Source: Ignavibacteria bacterium (GTDB lineage: Bacteria; Elusimicrobiota; Endomicrobiia; PHAN01). Taken from it: DNA of 22,319 bases. The stretch spans positions 1-22,319 of the forward strand of contig JBGFRZ010000006.1 of assembly GCA_041694835.1 (NCBI GenBank), read 5' to 3'. Below, in pieces: positions 15,717-22,319 of the stretch. Below the pieces are notes generated by a model that was not told the origin of the DNA, made no database searches, and saw nothing but the letters and a program-made list of their open reading frames with translations. Position 1 is the stretch's first letter; each line of letters starts with the position of its first letter. The position numbers and the translations under genes are program-made.

Positions 15717-16520
15717 TCAAACGCCTACTATCATCATAACCAAAAAACCCAAAATAGCACCACCAGTAGCCAAATCAGAATTGGCGTTGCGTTGAGATTC
15801 GGGAATCAACTCTTCAATCACTACAAAAACCATGGCGCCCGCCGCAAACGCTAAAGCATAAGGCAAAATAGATTGGGCCAATAAAACAGCGCTCGCTCCT
15901 ATGACGGCAAAAATCGGTTCAACTGCCGCCGATAGTTGTCCATAGCAAAAACTTTTGAAGCGGGACAATCCTTCTCGGCGAAGCGGTGCAGAAATAACAA
16001 AACCCTCAGGGAAATTGTGAATAGCTATGCCTATGGTTAAAGTTATCGCCGCTATTGGCATCTCTGTGGAGGTGCCCGAGGCTATTGCACCAAAAGCAAC
16101 TCCAATCGCAAGACCTTCGGGGATGTTATGCAACGCCACGGAAAGAATAAGCAAAGTGCTTCGTCGCCAAGATGTTTTAATTCCCTCCGATTCTTCTATC
16201 GGAAACCCGATGTGCAAGTGCGGCAGTATTTTGTCAATCACTCCCAAACAAATTGCTCCCATCAAAAATCCCGCCGCCGCTGGTATCCACGGCGCCACGG
16301 AATGATTTTTCGACATTTCAATAGACGGAAGCAATAGCGACCAGAAACTGGCGGAAATCATCACACCGGCGGCAAATCCCAGCATAAAGTCAAGAAACCT
16401 TTGACTTATTTTTTTTGTTGAAAATATGAATGCAGAACCCATCGCCGTCGTAAGCCATGTAAAAAGACCGGCAATGAACGCTTGCGCCACCGGATTAAGT
16501 CTTTGAATAAAATCAAGCAT
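15717..16520 (-). CDS. zupT: ZIP-family divalent metal transporter
   Basis: GFAAGVM..ASFWSLL.P, LHNIPEGLAIG, IHNFPEG, AFAAGAM.FVV.EELIPE. Start ATG 16520 (or GTG 16529). Confidence 0.9.
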   Translation of the reverse strand: MLDFIQRLNPVAQAFIAGLFTWLTTAMGSAFIFSTKKISQRFLDFMLGFAAGVMISASFWSLLLPSIEMSKNHSVAPWIPAAAGFLMGAICLGVIDKILPHLHIGFPIEESEGIKTSWRRSTLLILSVALHNIPEGLAIGVAFGAIASGTSTEMPIAAITLTIGIAIHNFPEGFVISAPLRREGLSRFKSFCYGQLSAAVEPIFAVIGASAVLLAQSILPYALAFAAGAMVFVVIEELIPESQRNANSDLATGGAILGFLVMMIVGV

Positions 16521-16528
16521 ATTTACCA

Positions 16529-16634
16529 CACACCACAGAAAGCCCCGTCTGTAAAGACGGGGATGAAGGGGAACGGTTTTCCCGCAGAGTTATTCCCCCA
16601 AGCCCCGCCTCTAAAGGCGTGGGGCGGGGTTTAC
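16529..16634 (-). mobile_element. Miniature non-autonomous IS200/IS605-like element (two hairpin ends, no ORF)
   Basis: Two related GC-rich hairpins, AAGCCCCGTCTGTAAAGACGGGG (16540) and AAGCCCCGCCTCTAAAGGCGTGGGGCGGGG (16600). Minus-strand GTAAAC...GGGGCTTG and TTCATCCCC...GGGGCTTTC resemble IS200/IS605 left and right ends. Flanked by TTACCA at 16523-16528 and 16635-16640. Confidence 0.6.
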
Positions 16635-16722
16635 TTACCAAAAATTGGATTTAAGTTTGTGTTCCGATGAACGCCTCGAATTGTAGCAATTATGAAAAAT
16701 AGGTGAGGGACTTCTATATGGA

Positions 16723-17124
16723 TTAACGCTTGGAGAATTGGAAACGTTTTCTGGCTTTCGGTTTTCCAGCCTTTTTTCTCTCGACCATTCTGGAGTCTCT
16801 GGTGAACATACCCTCTTTCTTTAGAGCGGATTTGAACGACGGGTCGAGTTTTAGGAGGGCTCTTGATATAGCAAGACGAATCGCGCCCGATTGTCCGGTG
16901 ATGCCTCCGCCTATAGCTTTGATTTCGATGTCGTATTTTTTTTCAGTGTTGGTCACTTTTAGAGGTTGAGTTGCGTTAAATATATGTCTTTTATGTTTGC
17001 CAAAGTAGTTGTCAATTTCCTTCCCATTTATCGATATTTTACCGTTTCCAGTTGTGAAAAAAGTCGAGGCGACAGCATTCTTCCTTCTTCCCGTACCGTG
17101 AGTTAATATATTGTTCGTGTCCAA
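16723..17124 (-). CDS. rpsI: 30S ribosomal protein S9 (TTG start)
   Basis: GTGRRKNAVA, GGGITGQSGAIRLAISRAL, TRDSRMVERKK.G..KARKRFQFSKR. SD AGGAG. Confidence 0.97.
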   Translation of the reverse strand: MDTNNILTHGTGRRKNAVASTFFTTGNGKISINGKEIDNYFGKHKRHIFNATQPLKVTNTEKKYDIEIKAIGGGITGQSGAIRLAISRALLKLDPSFKSALKKEGMFTRDSRMVERKKAGKPKARKRFQFSKR

Positions 17125-17125
17125 T

Positions 17126-17545
17126 TTATTCTCCTTTCAGTTGTGCCGCATGAGGATGTTCTGCTCCGGGATAAACCCGCAAGTGTGTAAGCATTTTGTC
17201 GCCAAGTTTGTTTTTGGGAAGCATGCCTCTAACCGCCCACAAGATGGCTTTCTCTGGCATTGTTGTCATTATCTTTTTGTACGGCGTGTATTTATCGCCA
17301 CCGAGATATCTTGAGTGAGTGAACCTTATTTTCTGCTCAAGTTTCTTGCCGGTCAATCTGATTTCTTTGGCATTTATCACTATCACCCCCCCGCCACACA
17401 GGATGTTTGGAGTGAAATATGGCTTGTCTTTCCCAATGAGAATTCCGGCGACTTCGGACGCAACCCTTCCCAGAACCTTGCCCTTGGCGTCCACAATACG
17501 CCATTTCGGTTTTATCTGCGCCTGTTTTAAAAGTGTTGTTTTCAT
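17126..17545 (-). CDS. rplM: 50S ribosomal protein L13
   Basis: W.IVDA.GKVLGRVAS, GK.KP.FTP, AVRGMLPKNKLG, HPHAAQ. Canonical rplM-rpsI pair. Confidence 0.97.
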   Translation of the reverse strand: MKTTLLKQAQIKPKWRIVDAKGKVLGRVASEVAGILIGKDKPYFTPNILCGGGVIVINAKEIRLTGKKLEQKIRFTHSRYLGGDKYTPYKKIMTTMPEKAILWAVRGMLPKNKLGDKMLTHLRVYPGAEHPHAAQLKGE

Positions 17546-17576
17546 TATTCTAAACCTTTTTTATCTGACTTTGCAT

Positions 17577-17605
17577 ATTTTACACAATTTTTCAGAAAAA
17601 GTCAA
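17577..17605 (-). promoter_or_regulatory. sigma70 promoter of rplM-rpsI
   Basis: Minus strand TTGACT-17 nt-TAAAAT, about 30 nt upstream of the rplM ATG. Confidence 0.7.
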
Positions 17606-17623
17606 ATTACCTATATATTCATT

Positions 17624-17917
17624 TATTGAGTTTCGCATAATTAGTCGATATTTTGGATGCATAGATTTGAGCTCATTTCAAGGAGTGAGGAGTGCGGTGT
17701 AGCCGCAGTGCTACATAAACGACGAACGACACAGAAATCAGCCAAAGCTCTGCATCCCTTTAGGGCTGGCGCTTTTGGGCTACAACTTCATCGCTCGCCC
17801 CTCACCTTCTGTTGACGTAATAGTGAACAAGACGAAATCTTTCGCACAACTCTTATGCACCCTGACAGAAGGTGTGGGGCTCGTGCAAAATGTCAAATAA
17901 TTATGCGAAACTCAATA
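17624..17917. mobile_element. MITE-like element (~290 bp) with terminal inverted repeats
   Basis: TATTGAGTTTCGCATAATTA (17624-17643) and its exact reverse complement (17898-17917), extending imperfectly inward. The outer TA is a possible target-site duplication. Internal hairpins, no credible ORF. Confidence 0.78.
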
Positions 17918-18049
17918 GATTACTGCGACGCGATGTTTGATTTTTGCCGACAAAGTTTAAGTAAAATAAGCTATAACAAAGTGCTATGAGAGTAACTTGA
18001 AATTTTGAAATATTTTGTGTAGAATTGTATCGGCAGTGGGGGTTGAAGT

Positions 18050-19453
18050 TTAAATGTTACATCTCAAACTTTCAGCGAGAGCGTTGGCTTTGTGAATAGT
18101 TTCTTTATATTCTCTTTCAGGGATTGAGTCGGCGACGATTCCCGCTCCAGCGTAAAAATAAACTTTGTTTTTTAATTTTACAATCGTTCTTATCAAAATA
18201 TTTAAGTCCATATCTCCATTGTATGAAATCCACCCCGCACTTCCGCAGTATGCCCCTCTTTCTACGGGCTCTATCTCATCTATTATCTCAATCGCTCTGA
18301 TTTTGGGACATCCTGTTATGGTTCCGCCGGGAAAGACCGCTTTTATTATTTCATAAGGCGAGGTATTTTTTTTTAGAATACCGCGGACATTGGAAACAAT
18401 ATGGCTGACATGCGAATATTTTTCGATTACCATGTTTTCCGTGATTTTTACGGTGTCGAATTTAGATATTTTGCCAAGGTCGTTTCTTTCCAAATCCACG
18501 AGCATTATGTGCTCCGCCCGTTCTTTGGCGTCAAGGAGAAGTTCTCCCGCAAGGATTTTGTCTTCGTCGGAGGTGAGTCCCCGCCTTCTCGTTCCAGCTA
18601 TGGGTCTGGTCTCAACTATATTTTTTCTTCGCCTCAAAAGAAGTTCGGGCGAACAAGAAATAATTTCCACCTCAGGAAATTTGATGTAACAGGCATACGG
18701 CGAAGGGTTTATTTTTCTTAAGTTTAGATATACCGCTTTTGAGTCGCCGGAAAAATCCCCGCCCCACATCTGAGCGATGTTCGCCTGAAATAGGTCGCCT
18801 TCTTCAATGTATTTTTTGACAATTTTGACGGCCTTTGAGAAAGTTTTTATATCAAAATTTGATTCGACATCCTTGAATGCAAAATCTTCAATCTTTCCAC
18901 TTTTGTTTAAAACCTTCAGCGTTTCCGCTTTTTCTTTTTTGATGTCCGTTTTCTTATCCGAAAAAACGCACAAGTACGCTTTTTTTTTTATGCAATCAAA
19001 GGCGATGAATTTTTCCGCGACGATAAAATAATAATATGGAATGCCGCTGTTAATCTTTTTTCTGTTTGGCACTTCTTCGAAATGTCTCGAAAATTCGTAT
19101 GAAATGTAACCGACGGCACCCCCCAAAAACGGTATTTCATCAACAAAGCGGGGAACCGAACGATTTTCAAGTAGTTCAAAAAGTATTTTCAGCGGCGAGG
19201 TTGTTTTAATAATTTCTTTCCTCTCGTCGTTTTTTATTTCCACATAGTCGCCGTGTGATTTGAGCGTAATTTTGGGGCGTGAGATAGAAAGATATGACCA
19301 TCGGGAGTTTTTATTGGTTATACCCCTAGCTGCACTATCCAGAAAAAAATAAGAAGGCAGAGCAATTTTTTTAAACCATTCAACGGGCTCTGTCCACGGT
19401 AGTTCAATAATAGCGGGCCGTGATTTTTTATGGTGAATTTTTAAGAAGCTCAT
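18050..19453 (-). CDS. pabB: Aminodeoxychorismate synthase component I (anthranilate synthase component I family)
   Basis: FFLDS, GDLFQAN, NPSPY, SPELL, TRPIAGTR, KERAEHIMLVDLERNDLG, FPGGTITGCPKIRA. PGGTITG favours Bacillus-type PabB over TrpE (PAGTVSG). No trp genes are adjacent. Confidence 0.75.
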   Translation of the reverse strand: MSFLKIHHKKSRPAIIELPWTEPVEWFKKIALPSYFFLDSAARGITNKNSRWSYLSISRPKITLKSHGDYVEIKNDERKEIIKTTSPLKILFELLENRSVPRFVDEIPFLGGAVGYISYEFSRHFEEVPNRKKINSGIPYYYFIVAEKFIAFDCIKKKAYLCVFSDKKTDIKKEKAETLKVLNKSGKIEDFAFKDVESNFDIKTFSKAVKIVKKYIEEGDLFQANIAQMWGGDFSGDSKAVYLNLRKINPSPYACYIKFPEVEIISCSPELLLRRRKNIVETRPIAGTRRRGLTSDEDKILAGELLLDAKERAEHIMLVDLERNDLGKISKFDTVKITENMVIEKYSHVSHIVSNVRGILKKNTSPYEIIKAVFPGGTITGCPKIRAIEIIDEIEPVERGAYCGSAGWISYNGDMDLNILIRTIVKLKNKVYFYAGAGIVADSIPEREYKETIHKANALAESLRCNI

Positions 19454-19829
19454 TTAGATAAGAGAGTATTTGTGAATTTTGAAACAGTCGCGCACCCGAC
19501 AGAAAAGACAAGAAATCCACAGTGAACAAGGCGGCGATTGAACCCGTTATGAGTCCAGCGAGACGGTTGAAAAATCCAAGTTTTATTAGGTCGAGGAGTT
19601 TTGAAATCAACACTCCAGCTATGTAAATAGCCACGGCAAAAATGAGCCATGTAACAATATGGGAGAGCATCGGAGATTGAGGCAGAATATCGAATTGAAA
19701 ATTTTTTGTTATGACAGTCGCTCCAATCGGTGAAAGAAACAGGAATAGAATTTTAACAAAACCAACCCTGAATCCGATGTAGCCGAAAATCATCGCAACA
19801 GCGATAATGAAAATATCCGATGGAGTCAT
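19428..19829 (-). CDS. cvpA: CvpA-family membrane protein
   Basis: DIFIIAV...GFRVGFVK...LGFFNRLAGLITG. Likely start ATG 19829; the longer ORF call runs through repeats. Confidence 0.75.
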   Translation of the reverse strand: MTPSDIFIIAVAMIFGYIGFRVGFVKILFLFLSPIGATVITKNFQFDILPQSPMLSHIVTWLIFAVAIYIAGVLISKLLDLIKLGFFNRLAGLITGSIAALFTVDFLSFLSGARLFQNSQILSYLNELLKNSP

Positions 19830-19831
19830 TG

Positions 19832-19910
19832 TAGATAATAAATGACAAATGGCAGATGTTGAACGACGAATGGGGTGTTTAACCGTCATCCGTCATTGAT
19901 TATTTGTCAT
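19832..19910. repeat. Degenerate heptamer tandem repeats in inverted arrangement
   Basis: TAGATAA TAAATGA CAAATGG CAGATGT TGAACGA CGAATGG, then CCGTCAT CCGTCAT TGATTAT TTGTCAT. Confidence 0.55.
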
Positions 19911-19918
19911 TTTATTTA

Positions 19919-20074
19919 GCCACAGATTAACACTGATTGACGCGGATTTTTTATCTGTGTTCATCTGTGTCCATCTGTGGTTTCAATCTTTTTTTATTTC
20001 AACTACCGATTAGCACGGGTAAACACAGATTAAATTATTGTAATTCCTCTCTTTATCTATGTTCGTCAGTGGTT
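19919..20074. repeat. Two REP-like palindromic units with ~10-bp ATCTGTGT periodicity
   Basis: GCCACAGAT...ATCTGTGTTC ATCTGTGTCC ATCTGTGGT (19919-19981) and a degenerate second copy at 20001-20074. Confidence 0.65.
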
Positions 20075-20082
20075 TATTTTTA

Positions 20083-21267
20083 TCATTTTGAAAATTTGTA
20101 GAGCACCATACCTGCAAAAACTTTCGGGTAAAAATAAGTCGATTTCTGGGGCATATGTTCGCGATTCCGAGATATTTTAAGCAATGCTTCAAGCGGTATG
20201 GGCGGAAGTATAACAGCAATATTCTTTTCGTCATCCGCTTTTTTGAGCGCCTCTGATTCGGAGTGCGTGTAGTATATGTTCGATGGTTCTATTTTACTCA
20301 GAAGAAGATGACTGGTGATTGACGGAGATATGTTTCTGAGTTCAAACGACTGCGTTGGCAGAATTTTGTGCATTATATTTTTGTTTTTGAGGTTTAAGAA
20401 TAAAGTTTTTTTGTTGAGCCGTATTTGAAGAGGTTGTGGCAGATTGAATTTCAATTTTATAAAATCGGATTTTGTTATTTTGGAAAAATTACCCAGCGAC
20501 TCGCTGATGTCAGGCGGAATTTCGCAGACCCTGTGGGTCGGGAATATCACAAGATTTTTATCTCCAGAATCCGAGATAAAGCCAAGCACATATTTTGCAT
20601 CTTCGGTTTCGCTTTTCAACGAATAATCGTAAGCGACGGCATATCTGTGATGGCCGTCTGCGATGTATAATCTTTTATTCTTGAAAGTGTTAGTGAGCGA
20701 TTGTAGTTTGTTTTTGTCCGAGATTTTCCAAAGTTTGTGGACGATGTTTTTTGTTTTTGCCGTCTGGACGGGTTTTGTAGCGGAGATTATTTTTTTGAGC
20801 ATTTTCTTGCGGTTCTTGTCAGAATCGGCGATGAAAAAAAGCGGGCTTGTGTTGGCTTTGAGCGCAGAGAGAAGTAAGAGTCTGTCTTTTCTTGCTGCAA
20901 CGAGAGTTTTTTCATGCGGAAATATATTGTCTCTTTCGGGATTTTCAAGTTTAATAAGCGAGATGATGCCCGAACGCTCGTATTTTTTGCCGTTGTTCTT
21001 AAACTCCTGTGCGTAAATATAAATTGATGGCTCGTCGGTTACGAGGATTTTCTTCTTGAGCATATGATTGAGGAGTTTTTTTGCGTTCTTATATTTGTCA
21101 TCAAAGTTTGAGTCATAAGGGAGTTCAATGTTTACGAAGTTATCAGGTGACGAGGAGGCGAGTCGCTCTCGTTCAGATTCAGAGATGATATCGTACGGGG
21201 GACATATTAACTCTGAAATGTCGCTGCGATTATATCTTATTCCATTAAAAGGTTTAAGCGTTATCAT
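20083..21267 (-). CDS. DUF1015-family protein
   Basis: PPYDII, PHEKT, DRL.LL, YIADGHHRY..A, I.PTHR, MPQKSTYFYPK. Confidence 0.88.
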   Translation of the reverse strand: MITLKPFNGIRYNRSDISELICPPYDIISESERERLASSSPDNFVNIELPYDSNFDDKYKNAKKLLNHMLKKKILVTDEPSIYIYAQEFKNNGKKYERSGIISLIKLENPERDNIFPHEKTLVAARKDRLLLLSALKANTSPLFFIADSDKNRKKMLKKIISATKPVQTAKTKNIVHKLWKISDKNKLQSLTNTFKNKRLYIADGHHRYAVAYDYSLKSETEDAKYVLGFISDSGDKNLVIFPTHRVCEIPPDISESLGNFSKITKSDFIKLKFNLPQPLQIRLNKKTLFLNLKNKNIMHKILPTQSFELRNISPSITSHLLLSKIEPSNIYYTHSESEALKKADDEKNIAVILPPIPLEALLKISRNREHMPQKSTYFYPKVFAGMVLYKFSK

Positions 21268-21290
21268 AAAGTGTTATTGCAAAGTAAAAA

Positions 21291-21472
21291 GGTGGAATGG
21301 TGGAAGATGAACGGTAGATGAGGCATTGAAAATACCGTAAAGCGTATATCGGAAAGCGGGAAGCGGAAAGAGTTAAAAGCCGTTCACCCTTCGCGCTTTA
21401 TGCTTTGCGTTCTTCTATTCCCGCTTTCCGTTTTCTGTCCCCTCGCCTCTGACCTCTGTCCTCTGACCTCTA
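21291..21472. repeat. Degenerate heptamer tandem-repeat tracts, partly inverted
   Basis: CGTAAAG CGTATAT CGGAAAG CGGGAAG CGGAAAG (21336-21370) versus TTCCCGC TTTCCGT TTTCTGT, then CCTCTGA CCTCTGT CCTCTGA. Confidence 0.65.
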
Positions 21473-21477
21473 TATTC

Positions 21478-22200
21478 TCATTTTATCTTCCATAACAATT
21501 TATGGAGTTGCGGCATTACACTCACATTTTTGAGGCGCCGTCTTGCAGTGTTAAGAAATTTATACAACTTTTCTGGTCCGACTGTTTTGATTTTTCTGAC
21601 AGACGTTGCCGGCTGAAAAACAACAGGAATGTCAGACGATACTTTTTTTATAAGATTCACCGCTTTTTTGAATTCAGATTCTTTTGTCTCATCCGTGAGA
21701 ACGATTTTTATAAAATCTTTTTTTGAGAGCGATTTTATAAAACACAAATTGCGTTTCCGCCAATTCCGATAAACACCACCGCTATTCTCCGATGGGAGTT
21801 TTATGTCCATCGCGGTAATATCGATATATTTTGAGACCTCGCTATAATTATCAGGGAGTGTTCCATTGGTTTCAAGATATATTTCATAACCGCATGTTTT
21901 TAGTTTTGGAAGTAATTCTTTTAAGAAACTTATACGCAAAAGTGGTTCGCCGCCGGTAATAGAAATAGTGGATAGTGGATAGGGAATAGATGTTCGTATT
22001 TTTTTTATTTTTTCGATAACCTGCCCGACCGTTAACAGCGGTTTGTCGTCGGCAATGCGGTTCTTTGATGTGTCACAGTATTTGCACGACAAATTGCAAT
22101 CAGTGAATCTCACAAATATCTGTGGCTTGCCGACATACAACCCCTCCCCCTGAAACGAAAAAAATATATCAGATACAGATGCTCTTATATTTTTTTTCAT
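21478..22200 (-). CDS. queE: 7-carboxy-7-deazaguanine synthase (radical SAM)
   Basis: IFFSFQGEG..VG..QIFVRF..CNLSCKYCDT, ITGGEPL, LETNGT, MDIKLPS, FQP, MPQLHK. The frame stays open upstream to the window end. Confidence 0.9.
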   Translation of the reverse strand: MKKNIRASVSDIFFSFQGEGLYVGKPQIFVRFTDCNLSCKYCDTSKNRIADDKPLLTVGQVIEKIKKIRTSIPYPLSTISITGGEPLLRISFLKELLPKLKTCGYEIYLETNGTLPDNYSEVSKYIDITAMDIKLPSENSGGVYRNWRKRNLCFIKSLSKKDFIKIVLTDETKESEFKKAVNLIKKVSSDIPVVFQPATSVRKIKTVGPEKLYKFLNTARRRLKNVSVMPQLHKLLWKIK

Positions 22201-22319
22201 ATAATGAGAGCGTTGAAAAACCCTCTTTAGTTCTTTGAAATAATTCTCGTCGGTAAATCCGACGATAAAACATTTGCATTTTCTCTCCGGAATTGCTATA
22301 ATATTTCTGACGAAAACAA

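Noticed and set aside
18050-19453. trpE call
   Set aside because: PGGTITG and QAN motifs and the absence of trp genes favour pabB, although PIAGT leaves some ambiguity.
19830-19889. N-terminal extension of the CvpA ORF
   Set aside because: It is translated heptamer repeat; family similarity begins at MTPSD.
19832-21472. CRISPR array in the repeat tracts
   Set aside because: Repeats are 7-10 bp and degenerate, with no unique spacers and no cas genes.
1-22319. tRNA or rRNA genes, integrase or transposase
   Set aside because: None recognised; only non-coding miniature elements are visible.

Overview
Bacterial genomic window with every credible gene on the minus strand. Bases 1-13990 form an iron/heme-acquisition island read right to left: fur, exbB-exbD-tonB, a DUF2162-like/MotA-ExbB fusion, DUF2149, a 1315-aa membrane-anchored CobN-like (HmuS-like) chelatase, a small YezD/DUF2292-like gene, a heme-type TonB-dependent receptor, a decayed Com-like zinc-ribbon gene with a hairpin array, a FecA-like TonB-dependent receptor, and a FutA/FbpA Fe(III)-binding protein that the ORF track missed. 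fur has a perfect sigma70 promoter, and three related 7-1-7 Fur-type boxes lie nearby. Bases 14175-22319 are mostly housekeeping genes in coordinate order: a PHP-phosphotransferase fusion, zupT, rpsI, rplM, pabB, cvpA, DUF1015 and queE. This half also carries a miniature IS200/IS605-like element, a 290-bp MITE and heptamer/decamer palindromic repeats. The best candidate novel systems are (1) a probably Fur-controlled HmuS-like heme-iron module lacking hmuY but carrying its own TonB system, and (2) small-protein plus RNA-hairpin cassettes (YezD-like and Com-like) directly upstream of each TonB receptor. All family calls come from motif recognition, not database searches.
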